From an uncultured Chloroflexia bacterium (GTDB lineage Bacteria; Chloroflexota; Limnocylindria; Limnocylindrales; CSP1-4): DNA of 64,000 bases. Positions 24,248 through 33,056 of this stretch are shown piece after piece (the first letter of the stretch is position 1; each line of letters opens with the position of its first letter). The position numbers and the translations under genes were made by a program. The notes beneath the pieces were generated by a model that was given only the letters and a program-made list of their open reading frames with translations, searched no databases and was not told where the DNA came from. The DNA lies in assembly GCA_963713975.1 (NCBI GenBank), contig OY970218.1:1-64000 (forward strand). The letters run 5' to 3'.

Positions 24248-25921
24248 TCAGGTGACCTCGGGGACGTCGAGACGGTCGTCGGCGAAGATCCGGTTGGCCT
24301 CTTCGAGGATGCGGGATGCCTCCTGGTCATCCGGGAGGGGCGGCAGGAGATCCAGGTTGGTCGCGATGCAGCGGACGCCGACGTCGTGCCCCAGGTAGCC
24401 GCCGATGCACTCCTCGAGCAGGGGCCGGCGGCGATCTGCCACGTCCTTGAGGAACCCCTGCTCCTCCGGGAACCCTAGCGTCACCACGTTGCCCTCGACA
24501 CCGATCGGGCGGCAGGCCGTGATCAGCGGCTTGGCGGCCCGGTTGCGGTCCGTGATCGTCGTGACGACCGACGTCCAGCCCTGGCGGAGGCGCTCGAGGT
24601 CGTCACCTGTGTCGCCTTCGGTCGCGATGACGGCGCCGGCCAGAGCCGGGTCGGGTGCGGTCTGCAGAGCCGTGGTGTCGGAAGTCGGCCGGGGTTCGGG
24701 GGCGTCGGTGGCCGCCACGTCAGGCGGACTGGGTTCCGACGCCGGATCCCTGGGGGCGCGCTCGCGACGGCCGGGCACGGGGCCGGACGGCGGGCCAGAG
24801 GGCGTGGCGAACCGAGCGGTGACAGGAGCTGGCGTGGGGACCGGCGGGGGCGTGGCCGCCTCGGCCGGAGCAGCTCGGGGCTGAACGATCGCAGGTTCCA
24901 GCAGGGCCAGCTCCAGCTGCAGCCGGAGACCGCCCGGACCCAGCCGCGTTGGATCGATCGAGGCGAGGCGCCTGGCGGCCGCCGCCGTACCGGGGTCGGC
25001 CACACCCCCGGCGCCGAGGTCCGCGATCAGCCGCTCCCGCAGGGCGTCCACCACCTGGTCGAGGAACACCCTCAGGTCCCGGCCCCGAGCCTCCAGCCGG
25101 TCCAGCAAGGCGATACCCGCGGCGGCGTCGCCGGTCGTCAGCGCCGCCCGGAATATATCGACGACCTCGCCCTCGGCGAGGCCGAGGAGGTCGCGGACGG
25201 CATCGGCCTCGATCCGCCCGGCCGTGGACGACAGCAGCTGGTCCAGGATCGATTCGGCGTCGCGCATCCCGCCCGCGGCGAGCCCCGCGATGATCCGGAT
25301 TGCTTCGGGGTCCGCGTCGCGACCGTCGGCCGCAAGGATCCGCTCCAGCTTGCCAGTGATCTCCGGCACGCTGAGACGTCGAACGTCGAACCGCTGCAGC
25401 CTCGACAGGATGGCCGGAGGGAAGCCCTGTGGGTGCGTGGAGGCGAACATGAAGCTCACGAAGTCGGGCGGCTCCTCGAGCGACTTGAGGAGGGCGTTCC
25501 AGGCGTCCTTCGTGATCTGGTGGGCCTCGTCGAGGATGTAGATCTTGCGGCGCAGATCGGTCGGCGCGTAGTTGAGGCGCTCCCGGAGCTCGCGGACCGC
25601 ATCGATCCCGCGGTTGGATGCGGCATCGATCTCGACGAGGTCCAGGGCGCGGCCCTCGCGGATCGCCACGCACGAGGGACACGCATCGCACGGATCCGCT
25701 CCGGCCTGCAGGTTCTCGCAGTTGAGCGCCTTGGCCAGGATCCTCGCCAGCGACGTCTTGCCGGTGCCGCGCGGACCGGTGAACAGGATTGCGTGCGAGA
25801 CCTGCCCCGTCGCAACCGCGTTGCGGAGCGTGGCGACGACCGCCTCCTGACCGACGATCTCGGAGAACGTCTGCGCGCGCCAGCGGCGGTAGAGGGCCTG
25901 GTGGGGCGTCCCTGTGGTCAA
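24248..25921 (-). CDS. dnaX: DNA polymerase III subunit gamma/tau
   Basis: ALYRRWR..F.EIVGQ, GPRGTGKT, EIDAASN, DEAH and NALLKSLEEPP. Probable TTG start after AGGAG. Confidence 0.94.
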   Translation of the reverse strand: MTTGTPHQALYRRWRAQTFSEIVGQEAVVATLRNAVATGQVSHAILFTGPRGTGKTSLARILAKALNCENLQAGADPCDACPSCVAIREGRALDLVEIDAASNRGIDAVRELRERLNYAPTDLRRKIYILDEAHQITKDAWNALLKSLEEPPDFVSFMFASTHPQGFPPAILSRLQRFDVRRLSVPEITGKLERILAADGRDADPEAIRIIAGLAAGGMRDAESILDQLLSSTAGRIEADAVRDLLGLAEGEVVDIFRAALTTGDAAAGIALLDRLEARGRDLRVFLDQVVDALRERLIADLGAGGVADPGTAAAARRLASIDPTRLGPGGLRLQLELALLEPAIVQPRAAPAEAATPPPVPTPAPVTARFATPSGPPSGPVPGRRERAPRDPASEPSPPDVAATDAPEPRPTSDTTALQTAPDPALAGAVIATEGDTGDDLERLRQGWTSVVTTITDRNRAAKPLITACRPIGVEGNVVTLGFPEEQGFLKDVADRRRPLLEECIGGYLGHDVGVRCIATNLDLLPPLPDDQEASRILEEANRIFADDRLDVPEVT

Positions 25922-25961
25922 CGGCGCTCCTGCGACGGGCGTGACGCGACGAGGTGGATGT

Positions 25962-26227
25962 GCCGTGCACCCTCCGTCGATCCGGACGCTCCCGCGCCCA
26001 CCGGCGAATGCGGCTCGGACCAGGCCGTTCCGCGGCACCCGGCGAGCATCGCTGAGTGCTGCTTCCTTCCGGACCTGACACGGTTCACGAGTCGCCGCTG
26101 CGCGGGACCCGGTCCTCAACGTCGCAAACGCCGTCGGCTCTCGAGAACGCCGACCTCGGGAGGGAATTCAGCCCTGCTGGAGCGGATTGCAGGTACAGGG
26201 CACCGCTAGTTCCCCGCCTAGCACGGC
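25962..26227 (-). ncRNA. ffs: Signal recognition particle RNA, large (Alu-domain-containing) type
   Basis: 5' GCCGTGCTAGGCGGGGAACTAGCGGTGCCCTGTACCTGCAATCCGC; helix 8 TGTCAGGTCCGGAAGGAAGCAGCA; 3' GTGCACGGC pairs with the 5' end; TGCTATCAT extended -10 ends 7 nt upstream. Confidence 0.93.
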
Positions 26228-26297
26228 CCGGCGATGATAGCAGGGGCACGGCTCGGGCCCGGCTCGAGGGCCTGGGGGTTGACGGGCCGGTCAGGGC

Positions 26298-26385
26298 TGG
26301 CGGAGAGGGCGGGATTTGAACCCGCGATGGGTTGCCCCATACCGCATTTCCAGTGCGGCGCCCTAGGCCACTAGGCGACCTCTCC
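26298..26385 (-). tRNA. tRNA-Ser(GGA)
   Basis: CCGCA-CT-GGA-AA-TGCGG anticodon arm, long variable arm, CCA end. Confidence 0.96.
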
Positions 26386-26440
26386 ACGGGCAAGAATACG
26401 ACCCGGCGGTCGATCACGCCGGGTCGTCGTCAAGATCGGG

Positions 26441-26526
26441 TGGCGGAGAGGGTGGGATTCGAACCCACGCTGCTTGCGCAGACCGCTTTTCGAGAGCGGC
26501 ACCATCAACCACTCGGACACCTCTCC
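26441..26526 (-). tRNA. tRNA-Ser(CGA)
   Basis: CCGCT-CT-CGA-AA-AGCGG anticodon arm; TGCTATCCT extended -10 upstream. Confidence 0.96.
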
Positions 26527-26686
26527 GCCGCGAAGGATAGCAAAGGCTCCGGGTGCCCCTGTGGCGTGTCCCTGGGCAGTGAACCCGGCAGGCACAGGTC
26601 AAGTTCCAGCACGTGGGGCAACAGCGCGGCGGCAGAGCGGCGGCCGCCAAGGTCCACGACGAGGCGGCGGGCCCCGCCCGCCCGCT

Positions 26687-26768
26687 GCGCTGGTGCCTCA
26701 GGCCCGGGGCGCTGGTGCCTCAGGCCCGGGGCGCTGGTGCCTCAGGCCCGGGGCGCCGGTGCCTCAGG
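26687..26768. repeat. 22-bp tandem repeat, about 3.7 copies
   Basis: gcgctggtgcctcaggcccggg at 26687, 26709 and 26731, partial copy at 26753 containing the tadA stop codon. Confidence 0.9.
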
Positions 26769-27216
26769 CGCCCGTCACAGCTCCGTCGAGGTCGCCGATC
26801 AGCTCCTCCGCCTCCGCGCGGCGGATCCCGGACACGACGTCGAGTCGCCTGCCGAGCCGCCCGTCGTCGGCGAGCTGGATGACCGTGCCGGCCGCGCCAC
26901 AAACCGGGTTCGGCACCGCGTACACGAGGGCCGCGGCCTCGCACTCGAGCATCGCGCCCACGCACATCGGACAGGGTTCGATCGTGGTGAAGATCGTCAC
27001 GTCGGCGAGCGTGGGCGTGCCCAGCTTGCGGGCCGCCTCGCGCAGCGCGGCGACGACCGCATGGGCCGTCGGATCCGCACCCTCCGCGACGCGATTGGAG
27101 CCGCGGGCGACCATCGCATCGTCCATGACCGCGATGGCCCCGACGGGCGGCGCACCGCGCGCAGCGGCCTGGCGTGCCTCGGCGAGCGCCTCACCCATGA
27201 ACAGCTCGTAGTTCAT
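26764..27216 (-). CDS. TadA-like nucleoside/tRNA deaminase lacking the catalytic Glu
   Basis: FMGEAL..A..PVGA..N..DPTAHAV..ALREA..TIEPCPMCVGAM: TadA fold, but HAE is replaced by HAV. Confidence 0.85.
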   Translation of the reverse strand: MNYELFMGEALAEARQAAARGAPPVGAIAVMDDAMVARGSNRVAEGADPTAHAVVAALREAARKLGTPTLADVTIFTTIEPCPMCVGAMLECEAAALVYAVPNPVCGAAGTVIQLADDGRLGRRLDVVSGIRRAEAEELIGDLDGAVTGA

Positions 27217-27374
27217 TCTCGGGATGATAGCGACCGGCCCCCGGGTTAGGATGGATGTTGTCCGCGCCGCGTCTCCGGCGCATTACCTGCCCGGTCTCCA
27301 GCGCGCGCACAGCGCGCCGCCGGCGCTATCGACCTCACCCCGGGCACCACGTCCGGGCACCAGCGGAGCCCGCC

Positions 27375-28565
27375 ATGGCTGCACCTCGACGAATCGGAAT
27401 CCTGACCGGCGGCGGCGACGTCCCCGGCCTCAACTCGGTGATCAAGAGCGTCGTCTACCGCGCGACCGACCTCGGCTACGAGGTCGTGGGCATTCGGCGT
27501 GGCTGGGAGGGCCTGACCCACCAGCGCCGATCGGCCGAGCTGGACCCGCAGTACGTGCGGGTGCTCGACCGGAACAACACGCGCACGATCGACCGCACCG
27601 GCGGCACCATCCTCCACTCCTCACGGACCAACCCGCGGAAGATGCGGACGGCTGCCCTGCCTTCCTGGCTGGACCCCAAGTCCATCGCGGACAAGGAGAC
27701 ATCCGAGGGCGTCTTCGACCTCACGGACCACGTGCTGGACACGATCTCCCACCTGGGGCTCACCAACCTCGTGACCATCGGCGGCGACGACACGCTCTCG
27801 TTCTCGTCCGTGCTCTACGAGCGGGGTCTGCCCCTGGTCGCGATCCCCAAGACGATGGACAACGACGTCAACGGGACCGAGTACTGCATCGGGTTCTCGT
27901 CGGCGATCACGCGGGCGAAGGAGGTCCTCAACCGCCAGCGCACGACGCTCGGATCCCACGAGCGGATCGGCGTGTTCCGCATCTTCGGCCGCGACGCCGG
28001 GTTCACGGCGCTCTACACGGCCTACGTGACGTCCACGCGCTGCGTGATCCCCGAGTTCCCTTACGACGTCAACGCCCTCGCGGAGATCGTCAAGGAGGAC
28101 CACCGCAACAACCCCAGCCGTTACGCGATCGTGATCACCGCCGAGGGTGCGATCTGGGAGGGTGCCGAGCTCGGTGACGTCGGCGACGCGGACGCCTTCG
28201 GGCATCGCCACAAGATGAACGTGGGAGAGGTGCTCGCCTCGGAGCTCAAGGCCCTGACCGGGATCGAGGCCGTCGCGTCCGACCTCACCTACGACCTGCG
28301 CTCGGGTGAACCCGACATGCTCGACTCGATGGTCGCCACGACGTTCGCCAACGCCGCCATGGACCTCATCCGCGACGGCATCGGCGGGCGCATGGTCGCC
28401 ATTCGCGACGGCAAGTACGCGCACGTGTCCCTGGCCGAGACGGCGAAGCCGCCGCGCCGGGTGCAGCTCGACGCGTACGACACGGAGCGCTTCCGCCCCA
28501 AGTACGCCGACCGCCTTGGCGACCCCCTGCTCCTGACCCCGTCGCTGGGACCCGTCGAGAGCTGA
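27375..28565 (+). CDS. 6-phosphofructokinase family protein, probably PPi-dependent
   Basis: TGGGDVPGLN, GGTILHSSR, GGDDT, PKTMDND and FGRDAG. Confidence 0.9.
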   Translation: MAAPRRIGILTGGGDVPGLNSVIKSVVYRATDLGYEVVGIRRGWEGLTHQRRSAELDPQYVRVLDRNNTRTIDRTGGTILHSSRTNPRKMRTAALPSWLDPKSIADKETSEGVFDLTDHVLDTISHLGLTNLVTIGGDDTLSFSSVLYERGLPLVAIPKTMDNDVNGTEYCIGFSSAITRAKEVLNRQRTTLGSHERIGVFRIFGRDAGFTALYTAYVTSTRCVIPEFPYDVNALAEIVKEDHRNNPSRYAIVITAEGAIWEGAELGDVGDADAFGHRHKMNVGEVLASELKALTGIEAVASDLTYDLRSGEPDMLDSMVATTFANAAMDLIRDGIGGRMVAIRDGKYAHVSLAETAKPPRRVQLDAYDTERFRPKYADRLGDPLLLTPSLGPVES

Positions 28566-28602
28566 GCCGGGGGCCGGCCAACCCGGCCCCACCTGCGCCT
28601 GC

Positions 28603-28622
28603 GGGCCGCCTTCGGGCGGCCC
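28603..28622. terminator. Hairpin between convergent genes
   Basis: GGGCCGCC-TTCG-GGCGGCCC. Confidence 0.5.
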
Positions 28623-28628
28623 GTTCCA

Positions 28629-29510
28629 CTATCCCTCGAGGCCCGACAGCGAACGAATCGCTCGGGCGAGATTCGACATGTCCTCGTCGCCGTGGCCCCG
28701 CGCCACGAGGCCGGCCTCGAGCTGGGCCGCCAGCGCGGACACGGGCAGGGCAACCCCGAGGGCTCGTGCCAGCTCCAGCGCGATCGACAGGTCCTTGAGG
28801 TGGAGCGAGGTCCGAAACCCCAGGGGATAGTCGTTCGCGATCATCTTGGCGCTGCGGTTCTCGAGGATCCAGCTCTTGGCAACCCCGCCCCCGAGGGCCG
28901 ACACGACGGTCGCCGGATCCAGGCCCGCCTTCATCGCGAGAACCATGCCCTCCGCGACCCCCAGGTAGACACCCGCGATCACAACCTGGTTGACGGCCTT
29001 CACGGCCTGGCCGCTCCCGGCCGCCCCGAAGTGGGTGATCGTCTTGCCCATGGCTGCGAGGACCGGCCTCGCCCGTTCCACGGCCGCATCCTCGCCACCC
29101 ACGAAGATCGTCAGGGTGCCCAGCTTCGCCCCCTCCGACCCGCCCGACACCGGGGCATCGACGAAGGCGATCCCGGCGTCGGCCAGCCGTGCCGCAAACC
29201 CGGCCGTCGCCGACGGCGAGATCGTCGAGCAGTCGATCACCAGGCCACCCGAAGCGAGACCGGCGGCCACGCCATCGGCGGCGAACAGGACGGCTTCCAC
29301 GTCGGGCGTGTCAGAGACGCAGCACACCACGACGTCTGCGGCCCGGGCGGCCTCGGCGGGCGATCCGGCCTCGACCGCCCCGAGCTCGAGGAGCGCGGCG
29401 GCACGGCCGGCAGTCCGGTTCCAGACGGTGACCTCGAACCCGGCGCGACACAGGTTGGCAGCCATTGCCGCTCCCATGGTGCCGAGCCCGACGAACGCAA
29501 TTCGCTCCAC
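28629..29510 (-). CDS. NAD(P)-dependent beta-hydroxyacid dehydrogenase (GarR/MmsB-like)
   Basis: GLGTMG, DAPVSGG and KAVNQ motifs; GGAGG RBS before GTG. Confidence 0.9.
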   Translation of the reverse strand: MERIAFVGLGTMGAAMAANLCRAGFEVTVWNRTAGRAAALLELGAVEAGSPAEAARAADVVVCCVSDTPDVEAVLFAADGVAAGLASGGLVIDCSTISPSATAGFAARLADAGIAFVDAPVSGGSEGAKLGTLTIFVGGEDAAVERARPVLAAMGKTITHFGAAGSGQAVKAVNQVVIAGVYLGVAEGMVLAMKAGLDPATVVSALGGGVAKSWILENRSAKMIANDYPLGFRTSLHLKDLSIALELARALGVALPVSALAAQLEAGLVARGHGDEDMSNLARAIRSLSGLEG

Positions 29511-29577
29511 GTGAACCTCCACTACAGGATGCTGAGGGTACCCGGCGGGGCACGGGCCATGCGCGTACCATCCGCCA

Positions 29578-30264
29578 ATGGACGCGCTTGGGTTCGATCG
29601 TCGGCGGCTCGGCACCCTGATGCTGGTGTTCGGCCTGGTCGGCGTGCTGATCGCCGGCATCGTCGCCGCGGCCCTGATCGGCGGGGCGATCGCGGCGCGC
29701 AACCTCGACGACCGGCTGGTGGCGGACCAGACGAGGATCGCCGCATCCCTAACGCGCCTCTCCGTCACCATGGAATCGCTGGCGCTCACGACCGAGAACG
29801 CAGGCGACACGCTGAAGACCTCGAGCGGGACGCTTGCGGAGGCGCGGGACACGCTCGACGCCGCCGCCGCGGTGTCGACGGACCTGGCCGGGGCCCTGAA
29901 CATCGACATCCTGGGCAGCCAGCCGTTCGCCGGGGCATCCGACCGGCTTGGCGAGCTGGCCCGCACGCTCACGACGTTCCGGGCGAAGGCCGAGGCCCTT
30001 GCGGTCAACCTCGACCAGAATGCCGCCGACGCCACGACGATGACCGCGCAGATCCGCCAGCTCAAGGACCAGGTCCACGAGCTCGCCGTGCGGATCGCCG
30101 GGTTCGACCGGATCGGTGAGATCGTGGGCCTGGTGATCGGGGGGATCGTGCTGGCCGGGCTCCTGATCGCCTGGGTCGCCGTCGGCGCCGCAGGCTGCGC
30201 CTGGGTGGGCTGGCGCCTGCGACGGGCAGCCGACCGTGGTGAGGCCGGGGGGCAGGCGGGCTAG
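29578..30264 (+). CDS. Hypothetical membrane protein (TM-coiled coil-TM)
   Basis: Two hydrophobic ends around a helical heptad region; TACCAT -10 lies 6 nt upstream. Confidence 0.75.
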   Translation: MDALGFDRRRLGTLMLVFGLVGVLIAGIVAAALIGGAIAARNLDDRLVADQTRIAASLTRLSVTMESLALTTENAGDTLKTSSGTLAEARDTLDAAAAVSTDLAGALNIDILGSQPFAGASDRLGELARTLTTFRAKAEALAVNLDQNAADATTMTAQIRQLKDQVHELAVRIAGFDRIGEIVGLVIGGIVLAGLLIAWVAVGAAGCAWVGWRLRRAADRGEAGGQAG

Positions 30265-31496
30265 ATCGTCGCCGGCGGCGGTACGTCCGCTGCCTGCTGG
30301 CCGAGACGAGCCTCCAGCGAGCCAGCCGTGACCTCGACGCCGGCGAGAGCCGGCACGATGACCTCGTCGACCAGCCGCCTCGTCGACCGGCCGTCGGTCA
30401 CGTCGAACGACGCCCGGGCAAAGGCCCTGACGCGGTCGAGGTCGAAGCGACCCTCCCGGATCAGGGCCGCGAGATCTCCGGTGGTGTCGACGACGGGTCC
30501 CGGTGCCTGTGCGCGGAAGTCGAAGTAGAACCCGCGCTCCTCGTCATATGCGCCATCGTCCGGTGCCAGGAAGGCGATGGGCCGGCCCAGCAGGGCGAAC
30601 TCGTAGATCACGCTCGAGTAGTCCGTCACGAGGAGATCGCTCACCAGCATCAGCTCGTTGACATCGGGGTCGCTCGAGGCGTCGATCGCAAATCCAGCGA
30701 GCTCGGGCGGGATAGCGACGGCGTCCCGGACGAAGGGGTGGAGCTTGAGCAGCAGGACGTGATCCTGGCCCAGCACGCGCTGCATCACCTCGAGGTCCAT
30801 CAGGTCCGCATATCGCGCCTTGCCGACCGACTCTCCCCGGAACGTCGGCGCGTACAGGATGACGCGGCGACCGGGCGGCAGCGGATACGCGGCCCGGACA
30901 CGGGCCTCGGCGCGGGTGCGCCGCTCGGGATCGCCGAACAGGTCCGCTCGCGGGATGCCGATGCGCGAGGTGAAGATGTCCTGGGGCTGCCCGAACGCCT
31001 CGGCGTAGTGGCGGGCGACAGAACCGGATGAGACCAGGGCCACGCTGTAGTTGGAGTGGATGCGGACCTTCGCGACGAACTCGTCGTCGACACCGAAGGA
31101 CTTGTCCAGGACGGAGAACCCGAACTTCTTGAACGCCCCGGCGGCATGCCAGACCTGGACGCGGGTCGTTCCCGGGCGGGGCTTGATGACGTACATCGGG
31201 AAGAAGTAGTCGTCCACGACGACCACCCGCGACGAGGCAAGGTAGTAGCCGGCCCGGACGGTGCTGACCAGGCGCGAGACGATGGGGGCACGTCCGCCAC
31301 GGCGCAGCGTGAGGGTCACGACGGACAGCTCCGGGTGCCGGGCCTGCAGCTCCTCGTGGACGAAGCGGAGGTTCCCGGTCAGCGTCGGCGTGTGCGAGGT
31401 CGCCAGCACCACGCGGGCGCGCACCGGACCCAGCCGGCCAAGGGCGAAGCCGACGCGGGTGAGGACGGTTCGCGCCAGGCGGCGGCGAGAGCTCAC
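30261..31496 (-). CDS. CDP-glycerol/ribitol phosphotransferase family protein (TagB/TagF/TarL-like)
   Basis: QVWHAAGAFKKFG, GIPRAD, ILYAPTFRG, KLHP and LVTDYSSVIYEF. Confidence 0.9.
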   Translation of the reverse strand: MSSRRRLARTVLTRVGFALGRLGPVRARVVLATSHTPTLTGNLRFVHEELQARHPELSVVTLTLRRGGRAPIVSRLVSTVRAGYYLASSRVVVVDDYFFPMYVIKPRPGTTRVQVWHAAGAFKKFGFSVLDKSFGVDDEFVAKVRIHSNYSVALVSSGSVARHYAEAFGQPQDIFTSRIGIPRADLFGDPERRTRAEARVRAAYPLPPGRRVILYAPTFRGESVGKARYADLMDLEVMQRVLGQDHVLLLKLHPFVRDAVAIPPELAGFAIDASSDPDVNELMLVSDLLVTDYSSVIYEFALLGRPIAFLAPDDGAYDEERGFYFDFRAQAPGPVVDTTGDLAALIREGRFDLDRVRAFARASFDVTDGRSTRRLVDEVIVPALAGVEVTAGSLEARLGQQAADVPPPATI

Positions 31497-31609
31497 GGGC
31501 GCGTTCGTGGAGACATGGCCGCATGGTACCTAGGGATGCCGCGACCCTGTCGTCGGGGCTACCCTGTGCGCGGACAGACCCCCCAGCTTGCCGGAGGCCG
31601 ATTCACCAG

Positions 31610-33022
31610 ATGCAGATCCACGCCATCGTCCTCGCCGGCGGTGACGGCAATCGGTTCGGTGGTGAGCTGCCCAAGCAGTTCGTCCGACTCGCCGGTGACC
31701 CCATCCTCCTGCGCACGCTCCGGCGCCTCGCCGGGGCGCGGATCGACCGGCTCGTGGTGGTCTCCCATCCTCGCTGGCTGGGCGAGACACGCCGGCTGAT
31801 CGACGACGCCGGCCTGTCCATGGACGTGGTCGTGGTCGCCGGCGGGGTCACGCGCAACGAGAGCACGCGCAACGGGCTCGAGGCGCTGGGCGGGGCGGAC
31901 GATGACGTGGTGCTCGTCCACGACGCCGTTCGCCCGCTGCTGCCCCTCGAGGTGATCCAGCGCGCGATCGAGCCGATCATCTCGGGGCGTGCCGACGCCA
32001 CCGACACCGTGATCCCCAGCGCGGACACGCTGGTGATCGTGGACGGGGAGGACGTGGCGGAGATCCCCGACCGCGCGAGGTACCGCCGGGGCCAGACCCC
32101 GCAGACGTTCCGGGTTGGCGTGCTGGCGAGGGCATACGCGGCCGCGGAGAAGGCAGGGGACCTCAACGCGACGGACGACTGCAGCCTGGTGCTGCGTTAC
32201 GTGCCCGAGGCCCGGATGGTCGCGGTGGCGGGTGACGAGATCAACATGAAGGTCACCACCCGTATCGACATGGTGATGGCCGACCGCATGCTCCAGATGT
32301 CGGTCCTCGTACCGGGTCCGGAGCCCATGCCCACCAGCACACTCGCCGGCAGCCGCATCCTGGTCATCGGCGGCACCAACGGCATCGGGCGTTCGATCGC
32401 GGACCTCGCCGCCGAGGCGGGGGCCCGCGCCGAGGTCGACGGGTCGTCGCTGGGCCTGGACGTCCGTGACTACGCGGCCGTCGAGGCCAGCGTCCGGGGC
32501 GCCGCCGCCAGGCTGGGCGGCCTGGATCACGTCGTGTGCACGGCGGGCGTCCTGCGCATCGGACCGCTGTCGGAGACGGATCCCGCCGCCTTCGCCGAAG
32601 CCATCGACGTGAACCTCACCGGAAGCCTGAACGTCGCCCATGCCGCGCATGCGTACCTTCGGGAGAGCCGGGGGTCGATCACGTTCTTCGCCTCGAGCTC
32701 GTTCACCCGCGGCCGGCCGGACTACGTCCCCTACTCCGCCAGCAAGGCGGGGGTCGTCAACATGACGCAGGGGCTGGCCGACGAGTGGGCGTCGGATCAC
32801 ATCCGCGTGAACGCCGTCAGTCCCGAACGGACGGACACTCCGATGCGGCGGAAGGCGTTCCCGACCGAGTCCGTCGACGGCATGCTGACCGCGATCGACG
32901 TGGCGGCGGCGACGCTTCGCCTGCTGCAGTCCGATCTCACCGGGCAGGTCGTGGACGTCAAGCGCCACGACGTGGTCGAGGGCGGCGCTGGTGCGCGTCC
33001 GGCCCCGGCCGACCGGTCCTGA
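31610..33022 (+). CDS. Bifunctional TarI/IspD-like cytidylyltransferase + SDR reductase (Bcs1-like CDP-ribitol synthase)
   Basis: LAGGDGNRFG..PKQF, HDAVRP, QTPQ and NMKVT, fused to GGTNGIG..SSS..YSASK SDR domain. Confidence 0.88.
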   Translation: MQIHAIVLAGGDGNRFGGELPKQFVRLAGDPILLRTLRRLAGARIDRLVVVSHPRWLGETRRLIDDAGLSMDVVVVAGGVTRNESTRNGLEALGGADDDVVLVHDAVRPLLPLEVIQRAIEPIISGRADATDTVIPSADTLVIVDGEDVAEIPDRARYRRGQTPQTFRVGVLARAYAAAEKAGDLNATDDCSLVLRYVPEARMVAVAGDEINMKVTTRIDMVMADRMLQMSVLVPGPEPMPTSTLAGSRILVIGGTNGIGRSIADLAAEAGARAEVDGSSLGLDVRDYAAVEASVRGAAARLGGLDHVVCTAGVLRIGPLSETDPAAFAEAIDVNLTGSLNVAHAAHAYLRESRGSITFFASSSFTRGRPDYVPYSASKAGVVNMTQGLADEWASDHIRVNAVSPERTDTPMRRKAFPTESVDGMLTAIDVAAATLRLLQSDLTGQVVDVKRHDVVEGGAGARPAPADRS

Positions 33023-33056
33023 TCGCGGCCGGAACCGCCACACCAGGCCCCGCCCC

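Noticed and set aside
26545-26680. Possible SAM-type riboswitch between tRNA-Ser and tadA
   Set aside because: Only scattered short resemblances, no full core motif, and no suitably oriented downstream gene.
26687-26768. Mini-CRISPR array
   Set aside because: Head-to-tail 22-bp copies without spacers.
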